A DNA stretch of 64,000 nt from Bacillota bacterium (GCA_040755975.1 JBFLZY010000005.1:3526-67525); one strand, 5' to 3'. Shown: positions 19,001-25,926, numbered from the stretch's first letter. Program-made: numbers and translations. Notes: generated from the letters alone by a model not told the origin.

Positions 19001-19423
19001 TTGGGCTTGAACCTGGCGTACCACGCTTACCTCACCGGGGACCCCGCGGCAAGAAAAATGCTGGCGGATGTTACCGGACTGGCGGAGGAATTCAGCCCTC
19101 CCGAAATCGTTCCCCTGGAAGAATACCAGGTTAAGGATAATGGATATTTAATCACTTATGTGCTGGAGCGCGAGGTGCGGGCAGTCATCCCTGTGGCCGC
19201 CCTGGAAGGGATGCAGGCGGAGGTTGACGGCGAGCCGGTTCCCCTGGAAAAATTCGAGAACCTCGTCCTCGTGAAGCTGCCCGCCGGGCGCCACTTCCTG
19301 GATCTAACCCTCAAAGAGCCGCCGGTCTACGCCCTGGGCAGGGCGGTTTCCCTTACCAGCCTTGCCCTTGCGCCCGCTTCCCTCTTCTGGCTCTACGGAA
19401 GGAAAAGGAGGGAAAAGGTGTGA
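16076..19423 (+). CDS. giant membrane protein: coiled-coil N-terminus + QueD/PTPS-like domain + PTPS_related (GT-C-like) polytopic domain + large C-terminal domain + terminal TM anchor
   Basis: The TTG start at 16076 is the track start (GAGGAG 12 nt upstream). The frame is open from 15929, with an alternative ATT at 15974 lying 9 nt after GGAGG. Residues ~103-225 read NARHFL...SVHAHSWQFQVE...ENTLLN...PPVTENIG...LTAWESP, which follows the PTPS/QueD pattern (HGHSY, DHxxLN, PTxENIA, ET). About 13 hydrophobic helices follow. The C-terminus is ...SLALAPASLFWLYGRKRREKV. Confidence 0.8.
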   Translation: MRNREAELAGASGAVEHARKLAAEVTAAASARAHTAARELNKTLEEPMAYLSQLNGEIDALKKEMSLLEQITGQAGSPKETAAAGGVRKSGEPQNPPHSTGPLVSCYLIRLVAFLNARHFLVTKSRKGSVHAHSWQFQVETEVPYGEEFFVMFRELQEKIQQALAPFENTLLNEKSPFDKIPPVTENIGAYFYQVLSKELEGLGVRLRKLTAWESPIKGVEVSGKLPGYICPVLEGAGKTGDPPETEKAAAEAAASRAAAHEGQDLKLSAAGTAAEKELTSPEARSYPPVQYVAAACLILGAALLAYHRILFAPPQALCPWGSDTWGHLYKAEFLAGEIGKGNLYPSLSAQWYNGCQPFRYWAPLSYYLVAAVKSWAANVFLAGNIYFFLCAFLGGLGWLLLAGKLGLWPAALAGAAWIFWPDNLRVAFSEGNLPRVAATALLPFLFAFFLRTLEERGRLREPAFFVALTHGVILCHAMIGAVYITSLSAFSLLLFLFGGCSLAGVLRGAAALAAGVATSAWWLLPSLKGGLAEMGREAASGGIQFIPAAISFNPLARFADAEVFYWSFATVIIALAILWKWRTRPPWVKGVFTLGILLVLITIPAFEPLYRLLPLHHLLWPQRFSSVAGLAFLAGGFAVAARGREKGRLFKRLAGGILLLAISGVILLDGSLSARLLAVARPEPRLIVQAADRLKEVPGWKVATLDLSQLGSSPAYYFSARSGREQVFGWAWQGAVTAQNIMLLNTSFEFGHYPFLFRSLLFLGATDLVAKEDLVKDPGSFEKLAGAAGYQKLSSAGGIGLWHGRANGPYLIIKKDRGLAVGKHASIYALQFPALEIGRSVYIDDYTPEELARHPVLILSGASCHSRERAERLVVDYAKGGGRVVVDLTGFPPDVWSRQPKFLGVYGEEITLAGEIKTRSDGRSPQFAPFAGEFQAWKCYAPHGLDEVDLAADYFNKEVALWGYKNVGGSKIGFLGLNLAYHAYLTGDPAARKMLADVTGLAEEFSPPEIVPLEEYQVKDNGYLITYVLEREVRAVIPVAALEGMQAEVDGEPVPLEKFENLVLVKLPAGRHFLDLTLKEPPVYALGRAVSLTSLALAPASLFWLYGRKRREKV

Positions 19424-20103
19424 AGTCTTTTTTAAGCCGTCCGGCCGTTTTCGTCCTCCTCATCCTGTTCATCCTGGCCGGGCCGGCCTCCGCCGCCGAC
19501 AAAATCGTGATGGACGGCAAGTTCGGCGACTGGGACGGCCAGGCGCACATAACCGACCCCGCCGGCGACGGCGGGGTCGGCGGGGACGTCATGGTCTTCT
19601 ACTGGGCCACCAACCCCGGAGAATCCAACCTTTACTTCATGGTTGAGCGCGCTTTCCCGGGTTACAACCCCGTTTCCGTTTCGTACCAGCAAAACTTCGA
19701 CATCAACAACAACGGTTCTTACACGGACTCCGTCGACCGCTACGCGGTTATCACCTATTCCCCCACCCGGAGCAAGGGTTACGTGCAGGTGAGGGTCTAC
19801 CGCGCCGACGGCACCCTTATCGCCGGTTACGGCGGCAATTGGGGGGAAGGAACAAACAAGGGGCAAAACTACTGCGAGTACTACGTCACCATGACGTACC
19901 TGGGCATTGATCCGGGCCAGACCATCAGGATGTACCTGAGCAGCCAGGCAATGCCTTCCGACCGCTGCCCGGATACTGGCGACATCCAGTGGTCGCCCGT
20001 ACCCTTTATGGGTCCGGCGGGCCTGGCGGCTCTTCTAATCCTGAGCGCAACGCTCATCGTTATCTTCTTAAAGAAAAAGGGGGAGAAGGGTTGGCTTTCT
20101 TAA
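19420..20103 (+). CDS. secreted protein with C-terminal sorting-signal-like tail (motif + TM + basic cluster), candidate exosortase substrate
   Basis: The GTG start overlaps the upstream stop (GTGTGA), with AGGAGGG 6 nt upstream. Signal peptide VFVLLILFILAGPASA|ADK. C-terminus SPVPFMGP-AGLAALLILSATLIVIFL-KKKGEK. This resembles what NCBI names a Firmicu-CTERM sorting domain (memory). Confidence 0.75.
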   Translation: MKSFLSRPAVFVLLILFILAGPASAADKIVMDGKFGDWDGQAHITDPAGDGGVGGDVMVFYWATNPGESNLYFMVERAFPGYNPVSVSYQQNFDINNNGSYTDSVDRYAVITYSPTRSKGYVQVRVYRADGTLIAGYGGNWGEGTNKGQNYCEYYVTMTYLGIDPGQTIRMYLSSQAMPSDRCPDTGDIQWSPVPFMGPAGLAALLILSATLIVIFLKKKGEKGWLS

Positions 20104-20681
20104 TGGCGGCCGCTTTATTATGGGTAGTTGGGCTGGCATTTTTCAGGAGCCACCGCATCTGGGTGTTCTACTTCCCCTGGGGGGCGGTAGGCCTGACACT
20201 CCTCCTTATTCTCTTCCTGCGGGGCTCCCCGGTGGAATACCACCTGGAACGAGCAACGGCCCTTCTCCTCCAACAGGTAATGGGCCTTTTAAGCATCCCC
20301 GCCAGCGTCTTCGACCGCGCGGCGGGGATGGTGCTGGTCTTTATCGAGGCGGAGAAAAGCTGGACAGCCCTCGGTATCGATATAGAATGCTCGGGTCTCC
20401 TGGAGAGCTGCGTCTTTTTGGGGCTGGTCTTTTTTTACCCGGCCTTTTCCCTGCCGAAAAGAATCTTCTACGCTTCAACCGGGATTCTCGCCATCTACCT
20501 CATCAACCTGCTCAGGCTGTGCACCATCGTCTTTCTCATCAACGCATGCGGGCGGCAGGCCATTTACCTGGCCCACACCCTGGCCGGGCGGCTGGTGTTC
20601 TTTTTCCTGATCGTGGCCCTGTACTGGGCGATTTTCTCCCGGCCCACCCTGGCGGCCTTGAGGGGGCACCTGCATGACTGA
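20103..20681 (+). CDS. xrtG: exosortase/archaeosortase-family transpeptidase (XrtG-like), 192 aa
   Basis: The ATG at 20103 overlaps the upstream TAA (TAATG). About 6 TM helices. Ordered Cys96 (IDIECSG, codon 20388-20390), Arg138 (INLLRL) and His158 (LAHTLAGR) match the exosortase Cys/Arg/His signature. Confidence 0.8.
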   Translation: MAAALLWVVGLAFFRSHRIWVFYFPWGAVGLTLLLILFLRGSPVEYHLERATALLLQQVMGLLSIPASVFDRAAGMVLVFIEAEKSWTALGIDIECSGLLESCVFLGLVFFYPAFSLPKRIFYASTGILAIYLINLLRLCTIVFLINACGRQAIYLAHTLAGRLVFFFLIVALYWAIFSRPTLAALRGHLHD

Positions 20682-22020
20682 GCTCTTCCTTGAAAGGGCG
20701 GCAGGCGTCCTCTTTTTCTGGGGAGTCTTTTTGCTGGCTCCCCTGCTTATCGACCTCTCCACGGCAGTAATTCACCTCGCCGCCGTCCTCCTGTTCTTAT
20801 CGCCGTCCAGGAAGGGCCCGGCGGCGGAGGTGCCGGCCAACCCGCCCTTCATTTCCGTCGTGGTCCCCGTCTACAATTCTTCCGCCACCCTTTACCAGTG
20901 CCTGAACTCGATCGTCCACCAGACCTACCCGCAAAACCGGATGGAGATCATCTGCGTGGACAACGGCAGCACGGACGACAGCTTCAGCGTCTACAAGAAA
21001 TTCCAGCTCGACCACCCCGAGGCGGTAATTTCCTGGGCCAGCCTGTCCCGCCCCTGCAAGTCCTCGGCCTTGAACGCGGGGTTCTCCTTAAGCCGGGGTG
21101 TATACTTGGTCAATGTCGACTCGGATGTGCGGGTGGAAAAGGACGCGGTGAGGAAAATGATAGCGGCTTTTGAAAACGACCCGCTTCTCGTCGCCGCCAC
21201 GGGGGAAATCCGCATCGACAAGGACCTCGGTGCGGGGAAAAATTTAATAGACGTAATTCACTACTGTGAGGCCCTGGAGTACCTGATCGCTTTTTCCATC
21301 GGGAGGCGTTTTCAAACCCTCACCAACACCATCTTTACCCTTTCGGGGGCGCTTACCGCCTTCCGCCGGGAAGCCCTCTACTGCTCGCACCTGTACTCCA
21401 GCCGCACCCTCTCCGAGGACACGGACCTCTCCTACCGCCTGCGCGACGCCCGGAAGAAAGGCTGCCGGCTGGGCTGCGTGGCGGGGGCCGTGGCCTACGT
21501 AGAACCCATTTCCTCCCTGGACCGGCTCTACTCGCAAAGGGTGAGGTGGCAGCGGGGCGAACTGGAGGTGGCCTCTTTATACAGGTGGGACACCGGCTTT
21601 TTCACGGCCTTGACCCGCTTTACCGGGCGCATCCTGATCTCCGACCACACGTTGAGCCTTTCCCGGTTAACCTGGACCTTCCTGATCCCCTTCCTGTACC
21701 TTCTGGGCTACCCCCTGCCGCTGGTTCTGGCCGCCCTGGTGGGGCTCTACATCTGCTACCTGGCCCTGGACTTCATCTATTACCTGACCGCCTGCCGGTA
21801 CGTCCCTGCGGATTACCGGACCGGGCTGAAGAAGATATGGTGGGCGGTCTTCTTCCTTCCCGTGTTTCGCTGGACCGTCTACTGGTTCCGGCTGGCGGGA
21901 ATCATCCTGGCCCTCCAGGAGCCGGGCGCGTGGAGGGTGGAAAACCCCCTTCGGAAAGCAAAGGAAGCGCTCCGGCATCTAGTTCAAAAAGTGCACAACC
22001 CGGCTTCAAAAAACTGTTAA
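20674..22020 (+). CDS. membrane-embedded processive family-2 glycosyltransferase (polysaccharide synthase type)
   Basis: ATG overlaps the xrtG stop (ATGACTGA). Motifs VVVPVYN, DNGSTDDS, VDSDV, SEDTDLSYR and QRVRWQRG (QxxRW). TM helices flank the catalytic domain. Confidence 0.85.
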   Translation: MTELFLERAAGVLFFWGVFLLAPLLIDLSTAVIHLAAVLLFLSPSRKGPAAEVPANPPFISVVVPVYNSSATLYQCLNSIVHQTYPQNRMEIICVDNGSTDDSFSVYKKFQLDHPEAVISWASLSRPCKSSALNAGFSLSRGVYLVNVDSDVRVEKDAVRKMIAAFENDPLLVAATGEIRIDKDLGAGKNLIDVIHYCEALEYLIAFSIGRRFQTLTNTIFTLSGALTAFRREALYCSHLYSSRTLSEDTDLSYRLRDARKKGCRLGCVAGAVAYVEPISSLDRLYSQRVRWQRGELEVASLYRWDTGFFTALTRFTGRILISDHTLSLSRLTWTFLIPFLYLLGYPLPLVLAALVGLYICYLALDFIYYLTACRYVPADYRTGLKKIWWAVFFLPVFRWTVYWFRLAGIILALQEPGAWRVENPLRKAKEALRHLVQKVHNPASKNC

Positions 22021-22028
22021 ACTGAAGG

Positions 22029-22403
22029 GTGTTCTCTGTGAAAAACGAATTTCTCTGGTTGATCTCATCAATTCTCCTTGGCGCCATCGGTCAGTGCCTC
22101 CTTAAGCTTTCGGTGCTCAAGATGGACGGCGTTGTTTTCAATTGGCCGAATTTCCTCCCTGTTTTGGCGAAAATATTCACCAACAGCGGGATCATTTCAG
22201 GTCTAATCATTTTTGCCGCAAGTATGATCCTGTGGTTGAAAGTTCTCTCCGAAATGGAGTTAAGCAGAGCTTATCCGTCTGTGAGTTTGGCTTATTTAGT
22301 TGTTTTCTTTTTTTCCGTTCTTTTCCTGGGAGAAAAAGTTACCGCCTGGAAGTTGGCCGGACTGGCTTGCATCATTATTGGGATCTATTTTATTCACCAC
22401 TAG
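22029..22403 (+). CDS. 4-TM SMR/EamA-like small membrane protein (ArnE/ArnF-type flippase candidate)
   Basis: 124 aa with four hydrophobic helices and the motif SRAYPSVSLAYLVV typical of the EamA/SMR fold. It lies next to a polyprenyl-phosphate glycosyltransferase gene. Confidence 0.6.
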   Translation: MFSVKNEFLWLISSILLGAIGQCLLKLSVLKMDGVVFNWPNFLPVLAKIFTNSGIISGLIIFAASMILWLKVLSEMELSRAYPSVSLAYLVVFFFSVLFLGEKVTAWKLAGLACIIIGIYFIHH

Positions 22404-22501
22404 CACCAGATAGTTAGAAAAGCCCGTATCAAACAAATTTGGCGTCATATCGCCGTAAGTGCTCCTCCCCTCCCTCGAAAATAGAAACAATAACCATAAT
22501 T

Positions 22502-22609
22502 ATGCAGAAAACTTGGGATCGAGCACGAAAGGAACATGCCGCACTACGAAGATATCATCTATCTGTGCCGGAAGCCATGGCCTGCGGAACACCTTCACCA
22601 ATGAACTGA
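22502..22609 (+). pseudogene. possible remnant of a GT4-type glycosyltransferase C-terminus
   Basis: The short frame ...RRYHLSVPEAMACGTPSPMN* resembles the GT-B motif (G)LxxLEAMACGTPV. Only about 35 codons, no RBS. Confidence 0.2.
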
Positions 22610-22646
22610 AGATAGAGTTTAATCGTTAATCCTGGGGGTTTCAGTT

Positions 22647-23612
22647 ATGGAGGATAAAAGGTATGAACCATGTGAAGCGAAGGAATTTCCCACAATATCG
22701 ATCATTGTTCCTATGTACAACGAAGCCGAGAATATTGGACCGTTTTACGAGCGGCTTAGAAAGGTCCTCGATGAGATTGGCGAGCCCTATGAGATAATCT
22801 GCGTAAACGATGGTTCAACCGATGCAACTCTGGAGAAGCTCTTGAAGCTGCGAGAAAAAGACCAGAATGTAAAGGTTATCGACTTTTCGCGAAACTTCGG
22901 CAAGGAGATAGCCCTGACGGCAGGTCTTGACTTCTCCTCAGGGATGGCAATTATTCCCATCGATGCGGATCTTCAGGACCCGCCTGAGCTGATTCCGCAT
23001 CTCGTGGCTAAGTGGAAAGAGGGTTACGAGGTGGTTTATGCTACCCGGAAAAGCCGTCATGGAGAATCTTGGTTTAAAAAGCTGGCGGCTCATGCCTTTT
23101 ACCGGCTCGCAGAAAAGATTATGGATATCAACATCCCCCGCGATACCGGTGACTTCCGCCTGATGGACAGGTCTGTGGTGGAAGCCTTAAAAGCCCTGAG
23201 GGAAAGAAACCGCTTCATGAAAGGCCTGTTTGCCTGGGTGGGTTTTAAACAGGCTGCCGTCCATTATGAGAGAGAACCTCGCCATAAGGGAAAAACCAAG
23301 TGGAATTATTTTAAGCTCTGCAACCTTGCCATAGAAGGTATTACCTCTTTTAGTTATGTTCCTCTTCGGCTGGCTACCTATGTAGGGCTTGTGGTTGCAC
23401 TCCTGGCTTTTCTTTATGCTGCTTATATCGTAATGGTCACCCTGATTTATGGCAATCCTGTGCCTGGTTGGCCCTCACTGGTTACCATTGTATTATTTTT
23501 GGGTGGGGTGCAGCTTATCTGCACCGGGATCCTTGGTGAATACATCGGGCGGATCTATAACGAGGTAAAGCAAAGGCCCGTGTATATGGTCAGACAAAAA
23601 TGGGGGTTATAG
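22647..23612 (+). CDS. family-2 glycosyltransferase, polyprenyl-phosphate sugar transferase type (GtrB/CsbB/ArnC-like)
   Basis: ISIIVPMYNE, NDGSTD, IDADLQDPPE, plus two C-terminal TM helices. RBS GGGGG upstream. Confidence 0.85.
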   Translation: MEDKRYEPCEAKEFPTISIIVPMYNEAENIGPFYERLRKVLDEIGEPYEIICVNDGSTDATLEKLLKLREKDQNVKVIDFSRNFGKEIALTAGLDFSSGMAIIPIDADLQDPPELIPHLVAKWKEGYEVVYATRKSRHGESWFKKLAAHAFYRLAEKIMDINIPRDTGDFRLMDRSVVEALKALRERNRFMKGLFAWVGFKQAAVHYEREPRHKGKTKWNYFKLCNLAIEGITSFSYVPLRLATYVGLVVALLAFLYAAYIVMVTLIYGNPVPGWPSLVTIVLFLGGVQLICTGILGEYIGRIYNEVKQRPVYMVRQKWGL

Positions 23613-23960
23613 AAAAATTATGAAAGACCTTATTAGTACAGCTCCACATAATTAAGAATCCATTTAGGCGCTTACGGTGCCTCGAACGACAACATATTGT
23701 CTAAAACTCGTTCCCGTGTCATCCCAAGGTCATAGCCAGGGGTTACTGGAGGAGCACCTGGCCCTGGTGGAAAGGCACTTTCCCGATGAGGAGTCTCTGC
23801 TTAACAATATTGGCAACAGGGGTATTAAGTTTGGAAAAGAGCAGTTAGGGAGTAATGGGGTTATCTTTTGGAACCGCCTTCTTTTTACGCCGCTACCTCA
23901 GCAATTTAACAGCCAGCGAAGTAATTCTCTAGTTCCCACCTTCTACTAAATAAAGAGAAA

Positions 23961-23983
23961 ATAGGGGTCGCTTTCGACAACCC
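23961..23983. terminator. hairpin AGGGGT-N11-ACCCCT between convergent transcription units
   Basis: 6-bp stem followed by TAAAATTAATTTT. It lies just outside the 3' end of the FAD-oxidoreductase gene. Confidence 0.3.
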
Positions 23984-24016
23984 CTTAAAATTAATTTTAC
24001 ATATTTTTTTACTTGT

Positions 24017-25870
24017 TTATCCTCGACAGTGCTCTACAAACCGTTTCACAAGCATATAACCGGCGCCGCGGCTTATTTTTCCTTCCTTGCGCACGTGCTC
24101 CAAAACAACGGGCGGCCAGAAGCCTTTTTCTTCCAGATGACGGTATGCCTGCTCAGGAGAAAGCTGGTGTCCCTGAAAGGCGCAAACTATTTCGGCAACT
24201 CTTTCCAGGGTTAGTTTTTTCCCCTGAGGATATTTTTTTATCGGCGGGGGATTAAGGCCGGCCAGACCGTTCATCCTCAGGACGGCCCAAAGGGAGTTTC
24301 GGAAGCTCTCCTCTTTCATTTCCTCGTCCAGCCGGTAGTTGTTGGTATAGCCGCCGGAAGCCAGCCCCCATTGCCGCATAAACTTAAGCCCCGGGTACGC
24401 CCAGTGATCTCCGGAAGGAATTGGCGCTTGAAAGGGTTGGAGTTCCATCCCCTGGGAATTGAGCCTGTTTTGCAACTCTTCAATAACTTCGCGAGAACTG
24501 CTCATTTCTTGAAAAGATAAATTTTTTTCAATACTTAAAGCCGCTGCAGCCCCGGCCGCCTGTCCGGTGGCCATCCCCACCGGAATCACCCTGGCGCTGC
24601 CGGCCGCCAGGGAGTCAAAGCTGGCCGAACGGCCCACCACCAGCAAGTTTTCCACCTCCCGCGGAACAAGGCACCGGAAGGGGATGGCGTATTTTGCCGG
24701 CTTGCCGATTACGTCTCCGGTGAAGTGCGGCCCGGTGGCCTGGATATCTACCGGATAGGAGCCAAAGGCGATGCGGTCCCGAAAATCCCTGTTTTCCATG
24801 ACGTCGTTGACGCTTAACCGGTAGAGGCCCTGGATGTGCCGGGAATCGCGGACGTACAACTCCGGGGCCGCGCCTTCCAGTTCCGCCCTCTCCAGACCCG
24901 GAACGTGTGTTTTGAGATAGGCGACCAGACGGGGGATTTCCTGTTCCGCTAAAAGGCGGGCCTCCTTCCGGGAATCCGGACTTAAAGGATCCACGCCAAA
25001 GATATGCAGGGCGTTTATTAAAACCCAATTACCCCGCAGGCGGCCGACATTTAAACCGCGCACGCCCAGGCGGCCGTTCGTGGGCCGGTACCCTTTCATG
25101 GTTTGCGCAAATCCCCAGGCGCTCAAATCATTGGCGCCGGTATGCGGCTCCCCGTGCTCCGCGATGGCCCGCCGCAGCCTCTGCCACTCCTCTTCCCCCA
25201 CGCCCCGCAACTTAAAAATAAGGGTGGCGGCGATGCGCTCATCCGTTCGGCCGCAGTCGCTCAAGCCCACGGTGCAGGGAACGCCCGCGGCGGCGGCGAG
25301 ATCCGCGTCCTGGGTGGCGTCGATGATCCGGCGGGCAAAAATCTCTTTTCTCTGCCCGGAAGGCAAAACCACCGCGATCCCCGTCAACACTGTTTTGCCT
25401 TCGGTTTTTTCAACCAAGGGTGTTATTTCCCGGACAGCAAGTAATTGTTCGAGCCTGTCTTCTTTGTCGAGCAAGGAACGAAAAGTCCTTGCCGCTGTTT
25501 CCAGGTCAAAAGAATCCCCTTCCACCTGTTGAAAAAACTCGAGAAAAATACCTTTATTCAGGATTTTCCGGTCCGGCCCGTAATTCATATCGATACTGTT
25601 CAGCCAGCCGCGAGTCATCAATCCGCCCGGCTCGGGGCGCGTGTCGATCAGCAGGGTGCGCAAGCCGTTGCGCGCTCCGGAAACGGCCGCCGCGATCCCT
25701 TCCGGATCGCTGCCGACCACCAAAAGATCGCAGATTGCCCCAGGCGGTAATTTTTTTTGCCCGGCGGAAAAAGAAGACGCGTTGCGCTGGTAAAAAAACC
25801 AGCCCAGCACCCACCCGGACAGAAAGAGAAATAAGAGAAGATAAAGAGCGGCTTTTTTCTGTAAAAGCAT
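24017..25870 (-). CDS. membrane-anchored FAD-dependent oxidoreductase (FAD_oxidored-type), 617 aa
   Basis: N-terminal TM (LYLLLFLFLSGWVLGWFFY), then DLLVVGSDPEGIAAAVSGARNGLRTLLID as the dinucleotide-binding fold. A C-terminal domain of ~150 aa has unknown type. Confidence 0.65.
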   Translation of the reverse strand: MLLQKKAALYLLLFLFLSGWVLGWFFYQRNASSFSAGQKKLPPGAICDLLVVGSDPEGIAAAVSGARNGLRTLLIDTRPEPGGLMTRGWLNSIDMNYGPDRKILNKGIFLEFFQQVEGDSFDLETAARTFRSLLDKEDRLEQLLAVREITPLVEKTEGKTVLTGIAVVLPSGQRKEIFARRIIDATQDADLAAAAGVPCTVGLSDCGRTDERIAATLIFKLRGVGEEEWQRLRRAIAEHGEPHTGANDLSAWGFAQTMKGYRPTNGRLGVRGLNVGRLRGNWVLINALHIFGVDPLSPDSRKEARLLAEQEIPRLVAYLKTHVPGLERAELEGAAPELYVRDSRHIQGLYRLSVNDVMENRDFRDRIAFGSYPVDIQATGPHFTGDVIGKPAKYAIPFRCLVPREVENLLVVGRSASFDSLAAGSARVIPVGMATGQAAGAAAALSIEKNLSFQEMSSSREVIEELQNRLNSQGMELQPFQAPIPSGDHWAYPGLKFMRQWGLASGGYTNNYRLDEEMKEESFRNSLWAVLRMNGLAGLNPPPIKKYPQGKKLTLERVAEIVCAFQGHQLSPEQAYRHLEEKGFWPPVVLEHVRKEGKISRGAGYMLVKRFVEHCRG

Positions 25871-25926
25871 GGCTGCCCCGTCTTTCTGGGAACTGACAAA
25901 TTTTTAAATTAAAGATCAGGCACAAA

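Noticed and set aside
16533-19024. Many 60-220-aa ORFs in other frames and on the opposite strand inside the giant membrane-protein gene (e.g. 16711..17346, 17818..18405, 18359..19024, 18481..18972)
   Set aside because: They are Arg/Pro/Gly-rich low-complexity translations typical of shadow ORFs in very GC-rich coding DNA. They have no RBS and overlap a gene with clear domain signatures.
19989-20102. N-terminal extension of the exosortase ORF (track start 19989)
   Set aside because: It overlaps the 3' end of the upstream gene in another frame. The ATG at 20103 overlapping the TAA gives the hydrophobic N-terminus expected for an exosortase.
23677-23949. 90-aa plus-strand ORF after the GtrB-like gene
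   Set aside because: It has no convincing RBS or family resemblance. It is kept only as a note within the low-GC sub-block finding.
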